Source of the DNA: Candidatus Saccharibacteria bacterium QS_5_54_17
GTDB taxonomy: Bacteria > Patescibacteriota > Saccharimonadia > QS-5-54-17
NCBI GenBank assembly: GCA_003022365.1
Contig: PXOU01000018.1
Coordinates: forward strand, 11,900 to 75,899
Direction of reading: 5' to 3'
DNA: 64,000 nt
The position numbers and the translations under genes were made by a program. Under the pieces are notes generated by a model. That model was given only the letters and a program-made list of their open reading frames with translations. It ran no database searches and was not told the origin of the DNA. Shown piece by piece: positions 1 through 8,345 of this stretch. Numbering within the stretch: position 1 is the first letter of the stretch; each line of letters begins with the position of its first letter.

Positions 1-599
1 CCCACACCACCGGCGTGGCCGTGTTCGACGACGGGGAGCTGCTCCATATGGCCATCCTGCCCGTGGGCTCAGCCCATATCAGTAATGACATCGCCATCGG
101 TTTGCGGACCGAGATAGAAACTGCTGACAAAATTAAGCTGGAGCACGTGGACGCCGATCCCGGCAATCCGCATAAGAACGAGGCATTCTCCGTGCCGGAA
201 CTCAACGGCGAGTTACTCCAGGTCAACACGGCTGACGTCAACTCCATCGCCCGGGCGCGGCTGGAAGAGTTGTGCCAGTTGATTAACAGCGAATTACAGA
301 AAGCCAAGCGGGACGGTATGTTGCCCGGCGGCGCCATTTTCAGCGGCGGCGGCGCCAATCTGCACGGGCTGACCGAGTTCGCCAAACAGTATCTCCGCCT
401 TCCGGCGCACTTGAAAATGCCCCAAGGTTTCTCCGGCATCGTGGATACCATCGAAAACCCCGAGTTCGCCACGGCCGTCGGGCTGATGCTGGAAGATATG
501 CGGGCGGAGGACGCCGGTTCCAGCAAAAAGGAACTGCAAACCTTGATTTCCGGTCTGAGAGACGCCGTAGGCGGCGTGATGGACCGTTTCCGGGGCTGA
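1..599 (+). CDS. ftsA: Cell division protein FtsA, C-terminal ~199 aa; the 5' end lies outside the window
   Basis: In-frame from position 3. Actin-like ATPase C-terminal half (…FSGGGANLHGL…). Directly upstream of ftsZ. Confidence 0.85.
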   Translation, partial: HTTGVAVFDDGELLHMAILPVGSAHISNDIAIGLRTEIETADKIKLEHVDADPGNPHKNEAFSVPELNGELLQVNTADVNSIARARLEELCQLINSELQKAKRDGMLPGGAIFSGGGANLHGLTEFAKQYLRLPAHLKMPQGFSGIVDTIENPEFATAVGLMLEDMRAEDAGSSKKELQTLISGLRDAVGGVMDRFRG

Positions 600-1330
600 T
601 AGGCCGCGTAGGAACAGGGAGCAGGAAGCAAGTAGCAAGTAAAAAAATGCAAATCCTCTCTTGTCATTCCGGCCGCCGAGCCGGAATCCATTAATCCGAC
701 ATGATCTAAAAAGCACTTTTTATACAAAATTCACGATCGTGAACTATACATAAAAGATAAGCGCAATTGCAAGGAACGTCCTTGCAAGATTAAAATCGCT
801 ACTAAAAGCGCTACTTGGCGCAAAATTGCAAGGACGTTCCTTGCAAAAATAGATCCTGAAATAAATTCAGGATGACAAAAAGTGTGTCATTCCGAACTTG
901 GTTCGGAATCGAGTCTGAAACAGATCCTGAAATAAATTCAGGATGACAATAGGGGAAGATCCTGAAACAAGCCTGCCTACCGGCAAGGTAGGTTCAGGAT
1001 GACATTTCTTTTTTGTCACCCGCTTTGTCATTCCGCCCCCGAGCCGGAATCCATTAAGCCGATACGGTATATCTTAAAAACCTGACTGCCGCACACAGAT
1101 TATACTCGAGGCTCAAAACCGTGCGCATAGCAGCACGCAGACAGCAGACAGTAAACGGCAGACAGGGAGCAGGGAGCGGGCAGCAGGAAGCAGGGAGTAA
1201 GAAGTAAGCAGATCTTAAGAGGGGTGGCGAAAAATTGTCATCCTGAACTTGTTTCAGGATCGGTTTCAGGATCTATTTCAGACTCGATTCCGAACCAAGT
1301 TCGGAATGACAAAGAGGGGAGGTCGCTGGC
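600..1330. repeat. Mosaic intergenic repeat array (hairpin modules GTCATYC…GRATGAC, twin-palindrome element 764-848, AG-rich trailer 600-650)
   Basis: Direct sequence comparison with 17 other arrays in the window. Confidence 0.8.
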
Positions 1331-1403
1331 AACCGAATACATTATTTGCCAACGCGAGTACATCAGTTATACTGACATAAGAATCAATGGGAGAGCAGAT
1401 GTT

Positions 1404-2648
1404 ATGCCCGAAGTAGTGCCAAGCGTGGAAACCTTCGCCCGGATTAAAGTGCTAGGCCTCGGCGGCGGCGGTGGCGAGGCGCTCAATCGCATGATTGACA
1501 TGGGCGTGGAAAACGTCGAGTTCGTGGCCGTCAATACCGATGCCCAAGCCCTGGACAATGCCAAAGCGACTACTAAGCTCCATATCGGCAAGGAAACCAC
1601 CCGGGGGCTGGGTGCCGGCGCCGACCCCCAGATCGGCCAACAAGCGGCCGAAGAGTCCATGGAAGACATCAAACAGTCGCTGGAAGGGACGGATATGGCA
1701 TTTATTATGATGTGCGCCGGCGGCGGTACGGCCAGCGGCGCCGCGCCCCTGGTAGCCGAAGCGGCCCGCCAGCAAGGCATCCTGACGGTAGGATTTGCCA
1801 CCCGGCCGTTCGCCTTCGAAGGGGAAACCCGCCGGGCGAATGCCGACAGTGCCATCGAACGGATGCGCAAAAGCGTCGATACTTTGATCACCATCCCCAA
1901 CGACCGCCTATTACAAACCATTGACCGCAAAACCCCGCTTTTGGAGGCCTTTTCGGTGGTGGATGACGTGCTGCGCCAGGGCGTGCAGGGCATTTCCAAC
2001 CTGATCACCGTCCACGGGTTGATCAACCTGGACTTCGCCGACGTCCGCTCGGTTATGGATAATGCCGGTTCGGCGCTGATGGGGATCGGCAGCGCCAGCG
2101 GCGAAGACCGGGCAGTTACCGCCGCCCGGGAAGCCATCGAGTCGCCGCTGCTGGAAGTCTCCATCGACGGCGCCCGCGGCGTGCTGTTTAACGTCACCGG
2201 CGGCCGCGACATGGGGATGCACGAGATCAACGAAGCCGCCGAAACCATCACCTCGGCCATTGATCCCGACGCCAACATCATCTTCGGGGCGACCATTGAT
2301 GAGAATCTGGAAGACGAGCTGCGTCTGACAGTGGTAGCCACCGGTTTCGATGCCGCCGTGGCCGATCGAGAGCCGGCCGGCGGCCTGGCTTACTTCAATA
2401 AACCCAACGACGGGGAAACCGTCACCGACGAGGATCTCCCCGAGCAAAGCCTGAACCTGGATGAGGAAACCCCGGCCGGCGCCGCCTCCCAGGAAACCGA
2501 CGCCTGGTCATTCTCCGGTGATGACGATGACTTCGATGTGCCGGCCTTCGTCCGCAATCGCGACCGCGGGGAGCAGCAAAATAAAGACGAAAAAGCCGAT
2601 CAAGACGGCCAATCCCCGGGCAAAAAACGGAAGAAGAAACGGAAATAA
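1404..2648 (+). CDS. ftsZ: Cell division GTPase FtsZ
   Basis: GGGTGSG tubulin signature. Conserved C-terminal peptide DFDVPAFVR. ATG at 1404 with GGGAG 10 nt upstream. The ORF-track start at 1224 is read from a repeat module. Confidence 0.95.
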   Translation: MPEVVPSVETFARIKVLGLGGGGGEALNRMIDMGVENVEFVAVNTDAQALDNAKATTKLHIGKETTRGLGAGADPQIGQQAAEESMEDIKQSLEGTDMAFIMMCAGGGTASGAAPLVAEAARQQGILTVGFATRPFAFEGETRRANADSAIERMRKSVDTLITIPNDRLLQTIDRKTPLLEAFSVVDDVLRQGVQGISNLITVHGLINLDFADVRSVMDNAGSALMGIGSASGEDRAVTAAREAIESPLLEVSIDGARGVLFNVTGGRDMGMHEINEAAETITSAIDPDANIIFGATIDENLEDELRLTVVATGFDAAVADREPAGGLAYFNKPNDGETVTDEDLPEQSLNLDEETPAGAASQETDAWSFSGDDDDFDVPAFVRNRDRGEQQNKDEKADQDGQSPGKKRKKKRK

Positions 2649-3170
2649 CCCACAGGAATAAGAAGTAAGCAGTAAGAAGCAAGAAGTAAGTTTCGGAATC
2701 GGTTCTGAAATAGATCCTGAAACTGATCCCGGATCGGGGTCCGGGATGACATCTTCAGGATGATGGTTATTTTTCGTCACCTTCTTTGTCATTCCGGCCA
2801 CCGAGCCGGAATCCATGAACCCGATATGATCCAGAAACAGATTCTGAAACAAGCCTGCCTACCGGCAAGGCAGGTTCAGGATGACATTTCTTTTTCGCCA
2901 CCCTCTCTGTCATTCCGAACTTGGTTCGGAATCTCATTCTGCAACAGAGAAACAGATCCCGGATCGGAGTCCGGGATGACATCTTCAGGTTCAGGATGAC
3001 GCCTTTAGAGCCCGTCCTGAACTTGTTTCAGGGATGACAATTCAGGAATGATGTTCAGCCCGGTTTTTGTTGCCGGGTTTTGATAATGATTCCGGGTGCT
3101 CGCGCACAAACACCTCCTTGTTGTTTACTGCATCCGAGGTGTTCGATATGTCGTGTCACTATACGCAAGT
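2649..3170. repeat. Mosaic intergenic repeat array; the last ~110 bp (3055-3166) is a module also found at 22040-22164
   Basis: Sequence identity to other arrays. Confidence 0.8.
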
Positions 3171-3207
3171 TTTGAAGAGTATACCTTGGTGTGCCATTAT
3201 TATTGCA

Positions 3208-3987
3208 ATGACCAATGTTTTTGATCTCAAACAATTTGCAAACGAAAAAGGTTTAGAATTGCCTCACCAGAGTGCAATTCTTGAAGAAGCAACAGAAAAC
3301 ATAGTTTCCAAATATTCACATGATAAAGAACAGATAAAAGACAACTTCGATTCTATGATTTTTGAAACGGAAAAAGAGGCGTACAACGTATATCTTAAGC
3401 ACGAGCAACAGTACGGCGAAAGAGTATTCAACGCTTTCTTCGAATACCTGCAAGAAAATAAAGAAATTAATGCTATCAATGAAGCCGGATCTGTTCTCGG
3501 AAGTTATTTTTACTCACTCGATAGGTTTTTTCTCTCACTAAAGCAGTCACGAACTGTGAGGGCAGGGAAAACATTCGAAGGCATCACGAGGAATCTCTTC
3601 AAAATTCTCGATTATCCTTTCGAAGAACAAGTTACGATTGATGGAGGCAATACCCCGGATTTTCTCATGCCTTCAGCTGAGCATTATGAAGCCAATGCAC
3701 CAGATTGCATCATTTTTACATCGAAACGTACTTTACGCGAACGATGGCGCCAGATTGTGACAGAAGGAACAAGGGGTCTTGGTTTCTATCTCGCGACCAT
3801 GGACGAAGGAATATCCAAGGCTCAATTGAATGAAATGCAGCATAACAGGATATTCGTTGTGGTACCCGAACAAATAAAAACAAAAAAATATTCAGAAACC
3901 GTCAATGTTCTCAGCTTCACCCGATTTTTTAATGACTATCTCGATCCTGCAGTTGAAAGATGGCGACGGAACGGAGTTATCAGTTGA
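3208..3987 (+). CDS. Putative type II restriction endonuclease (family not recognised)
   Basis: AT-rich ORF directly upstream of a C5-MTase and vsr. No recognisable conserved domain by eye. An alternative start is ATG 3148 (GAGGT SD, inside the repeat module). Confidence 0.45.
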   Translation: MTNVFDLKQFANEKGLELPHQSAILEEATENIVSKYSHDKEQIKDNFDSMIFETEKEAYNVYLKHEQQYGERVFNAFFEYLQENKEINAINEAGSVLGSYFYSLDRFFLSLKQSRTVRAGKTFEGITRNLFKILDYPFEEQVTIDGGNTPDFLMPSAEHYEANAPDCIIFTSKRTLRERWRQIVTEGTRGLGFYLATMDEGISKAQLNEMQHNRIFVVVPEQIKTKKYSETVNVLSFTRFFNDYLDPAVERWRRNGVIS

Positions 3988-4073
3988 ATGACCGTTGTTA
4001 CTTCCGAGAAGTTGCAATACGAACAAAAAACGAATATCATAAAAGCATAAGCATATAAATAAGGAGAGCTTTT

Positions 4074-5228
4074 GTGGTTATGGATAATAGGCTAAGATTA
4101 AATCAGCTAAGTTTTTGGGAGAAAAGGGAGGTGCGGTCAGTGATTCCAGCAAAGAATAGTGTAAAAGGATATCGATTTATAGATTTATTCGCAGGAATCG
4201 GTGGAATCAGGTCCGCTTTCGAGAATTCTGGTAATACATGTGTTTTTTCTTCCGAGTGGGACAAGCACTGCCAAGCTACTTACAAGGCAAATTTCGGAGA
4301 AAAGCCCTATGGGGACATAACAAAAATCAATGAGAAGGATATTCCGGATCATGACATACTATTAGCCGGTTTTCCGTGCCAACCTTTTTCAGTGGCCGGT
4401 GTGTCCAAAAAACTCAGCTTGAAGCGCCAACATGGCTTTGCGGACGAAGAGCAGGGAAATCTGTTTTTTGATATAGCTCGTATAATTGCAGAGAAAAGAC
4501 CAACTGCTTTCATGCTTGAAAATGTTAAAAATCTTAAAAGCCATGATGGCGGCAAAACGTTTGAAGTTATTCGCAATACTCTGGAAGATCTGGGATACAG
4601 CGTGCACGAAAAAGTCATTGATGCGATTGATTATGTCCCCCAGCACAGGGAAAGAATTTTCATAGTAGGGTTCGATAAAAAGAAAGCCGGAGATATCAAT
4701 TTCAATTTTCCCCAACCGCCGCGCACAAAAAATGCGATTGCCGATATACTCGAAAAAGATGCTGATGAAAAACACACACTTTCAGATAAGCTTTGGAATT
4801 ATCTGCAGGGTTATGCTGATATTCATAAAGAAAAAGGTAACGGTTTTGGGTTCGGTCTTATTGATCCCGAAACTGATACAGCAACACGCACACTCAGTGC
4901 ACGATATTACAAGGATGGATCAGAAATTCTCATAAAACAGGCTGATAATAACCCTCGAAAACTTACGCCACGGGAGTGCGCCAGACTGATGGGGTTTGAT
5001 GATTCATTTCAAATTCCTGTTTCAGATACACAAGCTTACAAACAGTTCGGTAATTCAGTAGTGGTTCCTGTAGTTGGCGCAGTTGCCTCGCAGCTGGTTC
5101 ATGCGCTAGATTCAGTATATGGACGGACTGTCGAGAGAAGCCCGAAGCAGAAACATGTCAAAAATCGGGGCAAAAAACACAAAACCCGAGTTACTGGTAC
5201 GGAAATTCCTGCACAACAAGGGTTATAG
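4074..5228 (+). CDS. DNA (cytosine-5)-methyltransferase, HpaII/MspI-like
   Basis: C5-MTase motifs: FAGIGG (I), PCQPFS (IV), ENV (VI), QFGNSV (VIII). FSSEWD, RERIFIVGF and KGNGFGF resemble M.HpaII from memory. AGGAG SD before GTG 4074. Confidence 0.9.
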   Translation: MVMDNRLRLNQLSFWEKREVRSVIPAKNSVKGYRFIDLFAGIGGIRSAFENSGNTCVFSSEWDKHCQATYKANFGEKPYGDITKINEKDIPDHDILLAGFPCQPFSVAGVSKKLSLKRQHGFADEEQGNLFFDIARIIAEKRPTAFMLENVKNLKSHDGGKTFEVIRNTLEDLGYSVHEKVIDAIDYVPQHRERIFIVGFDKKKAGDINFNFPQPPRTKNAIADILEKDADEKHTLSDKLWNYLQGYADIHKEKGNGFGFGLIDPETDTATRTLSARYYKDGSEILIKQADNNPRKLTPRECARLMGFDDSFQIPVSDTQAYKQFGNSVVVPVVGAVASQLVHALDSVYGRTVERSPKQKHVKNRGKKHKTRVTGTEIPAQQGL

Positions 5229-5541
5229 GTACAGGTTATATAGCAATCTTCCGGGAAAGCCGGACATTGTTTTTGGAAGTAAAAAAGTGGCCGTTTTTAT
5301 TCATGGTTGCTTCTGGCACCAGCATGGATGCCATATGTCATACATCCCAAAAAACAATCGTAAATTCTGGCTGGACAAACTGAAACAGAATGTTGCCAGG
5401 GATGAAAAGGTTTCGAACGAATTGCACGAATCGGGATGGTTCGTTGTAACAGTATGGGAATGTGAAGTGTACAGGGATATTGATGAAACAGTAGAAAAAA
5501 TAAAAGAGACGTTACAAGCTACTACTCATACTGCAAGTTAA
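5119..5541 (+). CDS. vsr: Very-short-patch repair endonuclease Vsr
   Basis: SRSRNMS…KNTKPE N-terminus and FIHGCFWHQH motif. Overlaps the MTase 3' end by 110 nt in another frame. Confidence 0.9.
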   Translation: MDGLSREARSRNMSKIGAKNTKPELLVRKFLHNKGYRYRLYSNLPGKPDIVFGSKKVAVFIHGCFWHQHGCHMSYIPKNNRKFWLDKLKQNVARDEKVSNELHESGWFVVTVWECEVYRDIDETVEKIKETLQATTHTAS

Positions 5542-5592
5542 CACTGAATCAAATTATTCAGGGTCACCCGCTTTGTCATTCCCGCTGCCGGG

Positions 5593-5627
5593 GTGTTTTT
5601 CCCTGCGGCGGATCTATCCGCTATAAT
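5593..5627 (+). promoter_or_regulatory. Candidate secA promoter (perfect -10 TATAAT at 5622-5627, weak -35)
   Basis: Seen in sequence 50 nt upstream of the secA GTG. Confidence 0.35.
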
Positions 5628-5676
5628 GCATAGGTGTCCACTCAGAGGCGTAACAAGATTGGAAGTTGAGCTTTAA

Positions 5677-8343
5677 GTGAACGTACAGCAATTTTTAACC
5701 CGGATTTTCGGCGACGCGGCCCAGCAGCAACTGAAGAAACTGTGGCCGTTGGTCCATGCCATCAACGACCACGAGGCGTCAGTCGCCCAATTAAGTGACG
5801 AGGAGCTGGCCGCCAAAACCGACCAATTCAAAACGGCGTTGGCGGAAGAATCCCAGACCCTGGACGGTTTATTACCCGAAGCCTTCGCGGTGGTGCGGGA
5901 GACCGCCAAGCGCACGCTGAGGCAACGGCATTTCGACGTGCAGCTGCTGGGCGGGATCGTCATGCACCAGGGCAACATCGCCGAGATGAAAACCGGTGAA
6001 GGTAAAACCCTGGTGGCCACCCTCCCGCTGTATCTGAACGCTCTGGAGGGCAAGGGTGCCCACATCGTGACGGTCAACGATTACCTGGCCCGCCGTGACG
6101 CCGGCTGGATGGGGCAGGTGTATCATTTCCTGGGGCTGTCGGTGGGGTCGATCGTCCACGGCAACCAGGCCTACATCTATGACCCCGACGTTACCGATGA
6201 AACCCACTCCGACCCGCGCCTGCAGCATTTCCGCAGCGCTACCAAGGCCGAAGTCTATAATTGCGACATCGTCTACGGCACCAACAACGAATTCGGTTTC
6301 GATTACCTGCGGGACAACATGGCCAACACTAAAGACGACATCGTCCAGCAAGAGCTGAATTTCGCCATCGTCGACGAAGTGGACTCCATCCTCATCGACG
6401 AAGCCCGGACGCCGTTGATCATCTCCGCTCCGGGCGATAAACAGGTCACCACTTACCAGCAGTTCGCCCGGCTGGCGGGCCAACTCTCCCGTGAGGAAGA
6501 TTACACGGTGGATGAAAAACAACGGGCCGTATCCTTAACCGAAGACGGCGTCAACAAGGTCGAGCAGACGTTAGGCATCGACAACCTCTACGACTCCGAG
6601 CACGTCCAGTCCATATTCCACCTGGAGCAAGCACTGAAAGCCAAGGCGCTCTTCATTAATAACAAGAATTACGTGGTCCGGGATGGGGAAGTTATCATCG
6701 TCGACGAATTCACCGGCCGACTGATGCCCGGCCGGCGCTTCAGCGAAGGCATCCACCAGGCCATCGAAGCCAAGGAGGGCGTCCCGGTATTGCAGGAGTC
6801 AACCACCCTGGCGACCATTAGCTTCCAGAACTATTTCCGTTTGTACGACAAACTGGCCGGCATGACCGGTACCGCCAAGACCGAGGAAGAGGAATTCCAG
6901 AACATCTACAATTTGGACGTGGCCATTATTCCCACCAACGAGCCAATTATCCGCCAGGATCTCTCGGACCGGATTTACAAGACTGAGCACGGCAAATTCG
7001 AGTCCGTGGCTGATGACGTGGCGGAGCGGTATGAGAAGGGGCAGCCGGTGTTGCTGGGCACGGTATCGATTGAGAAAAACGAGCAACTCAGCAGCATGCT
7101 GGAGGACCGCGGTATTCCCCATGAAGTGCTGAATGCCAAAAACAACGAACGGGAAGCCGAGATCATTGCCCGGGCCGGTCGGGAAGGGGCAGTAACCCTG
7201 GCCACCAACATCGCCGGGCGGGGGACCGACATCGTCCTGGGCGGCGACCCCGATGACGCCGCCACTCGTGAGGAGTGGCAGCGGGCCCATGATCGGGTGG
7301 TGGAGCTGGGCGGGCTGCACGTGCTCGGCAGCGAACGCCACGAAGCCCGCCGGATCGACAATCAGCTCCGCGGCCGTTCCGGGCGGCAGGGCGACCCGGG
7401 AAGCACCCAGTTCTACGTCAGCCTGGAAGATGATCTGATGCGCGTGTTCGGCGGTGAACGGATGAGCGGCTTGATGAATTCGGTCGGCGTGGACGAGAAG
7501 ACGCCCATCGAGAGCAAAATGGTGTCCCGGAGTCTGGAGAGTGCCCAGAAGCGGGTGGAATCCCATAACTACGACCAGCGCAAAAACGTACTCCAATACG
7601 ACGACGTCATGAACCGCCACCGGGAAGCCATTTATGCCCGGCGGCGGGAAATTTTGGAAGAAAAACCGCTCAAAGAGGAAATTCTGGGAATGGTGGAAAC
7701 CCAGATCCAACATTTGATTTACTCCCACACTTCCGATGAGACCAACCGACTGGACCGGGCTGAGCTGTGGGAAGGGCTGGAAAGCTTCCTCTCGCTTGAT
7801 TATGAACGCCTGGAGCATGTCGCCGACGCCGAGTTACCCGGGGAGCTGATGGAACAGGCCCGGGAACTGTATGCGCAGCGGGAGCAGGAGTTTGGCTCGG
7901 AGGTCACCCGCCAGCTGGAGCGGCAGGTGTATCTGCAGGCGCTGGACCGGTTATGGATGGAGCATTTAGAAAGCATGGACCATTTGCGCGAGGGCATCCA
8001 CCTGAGGAGCGTGGGCCAGAAAGACCCGCTGGTGGAGTACAAAAAGGAAGCCCACACCATGTTTAATCAGCTGATGAGCAGCATCGACCGGGAAGTCGCC
8101 ACCACTATTTTCCGGCTGGTTCCTACCGAACAGATGACCGAAACCGAAACCGAGCTGACCCGGGCGGCCGAAAATGCCCAAGCGGAAGGCGGCAACACCT
8201 CAGATCAGTCCCAAGGCACGGTCCGCAAATCGCCAGCCGAGAAAATCGGCCGGAACAGCTTATGCCCCTGTGGTTCCGGGTTGAAATACAAGAAATGTGG
8301 CTTGATTGACGCGCCCCAACACCAAGCGGCTGCCGCTGAGTAA
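5677..8343 (+). CDS. secA: Preprotein translocase ATPase SecA
   Basis: DEAD-like motor motifs. C-terminal Zn finger CPCGSGLKYKKCG. GTG start with GGAAG SD. Confidence 0.95.
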   Translation: MNVQQFLTRIFGDAAQQQLKKLWPLVHAINDHEASVAQLSDEELAAKTDQFKTALAEESQTLDGLLPEAFAVVRETAKRTLRQRHFDVQLLGGIVMHQGNIAEMKTGEGKTLVATLPLYLNALEGKGAHIVTVNDYLARRDAGWMGQVYHFLGLSVGSIVHGNQAYIYDPDVTDETHSDPRLQHFRSATKAEVYNCDIVYGTNNEFGFDYLRDNMANTKDDIVQQELNFAIVDEVDSILIDEARTPLIISAPGDKQVTTYQQFARLAGQLSREEDYTVDEKQRAVSLTEDGVNKVEQTLGIDNLYDSEHVQSIFHLEQALKAKALFINNKNYVVRDGEVIIVDEFTGRLMPGRRFSEGIHQAIEAKEGVPVLQESTTLATISFQNYFRLYDKLAGMTGTAKTEEEEFQNIYNLDVAIIPTNEPIIRQDLSDRIYKTEHGKFESVADDVAERYEKGQPVLLGTVSIEKNEQLSSMLEDRGIPHEVLNAKNNEREAEIIARAGREGAVTLATNIAGRGTDIVLGGDPDDAATREEWQRAHDRVVELGGLHVLGSERHEARRIDNQLRGRSGRQGDPGSTQFYVSLEDDLMRVFGGERMSGLMNSVGVDEKTPIESKMVSRSLESAQKRVESHNYDQRKNVLQYDDVMNRHREAIYARRREILEEKPLKEEILGMVETQIQHLIYSHTSDETNRLDRAELWEGLESFLSLDYERLEHVADAELPGELMEQARELYAQREQEFGSEVTRQLERQVYLQALDRLWMEHLESMDHLREGIHLRSVGQKDPLVEYKKEAHTMFNQLMSSIDREVATTIFRLVPTEQMTETETELTRAAENAQAEGGNTSDQSQGTVRKSPAEKIGRNSLCPCGSGLKYKKCGLIDAPQHQAAAAE

Positions 8344-8345
8344 AT

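Noticed and set aside
1224-1403. N-terminal extension of the ftsZ ORF (MAKNCHPELVSGSVSGSISDSIPNQVRNDKEG…) and the recurring CHPE(L/F)(V/I)SGS peptide family in the track ORFs 2508-2852, 2767-2982, 21226-21921, 29044-29673, 39269-39496, 46158-46406 and 56465-56686
   Set aside because: These are translations of the palindromic repeat modules in various frames. The same DNA unit recurs in intergenic arrays, and there is no SD or codon-usage support.
1367-2447. Long antisense ORFs inside ftsZ (1367-2341-, 1911-2447-) and similar antisense or alternate-frame ORFs inside secA, murD, the PKD genes (19981-21084-), the 12657 gene, the 14969 gene and others
   Set aside because: Typical high-GC shadow ORFs. 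The sense frames carry unambiguous conserved protein motifs.
3067-3207. Upstream extension of the restriction-gene ORF (MLPGFDNDSGCSRTNTSLLFTASEVFDMSCHYTQVLKSIPWCAIIIA)
   Set aside because: It is translated from the 110-bp repeat module shared with the region upstream of prfB. The real start is more likely ATG 3208, or possibly 3148.
5551-5600. Terminator after vsr (CCCGCTGCCGGGGTGTTTTT)
   Set aside because: The stem is only ~4 bp with a loose loop. It is more likely a fragment of the GTCATTCC hairpin module.
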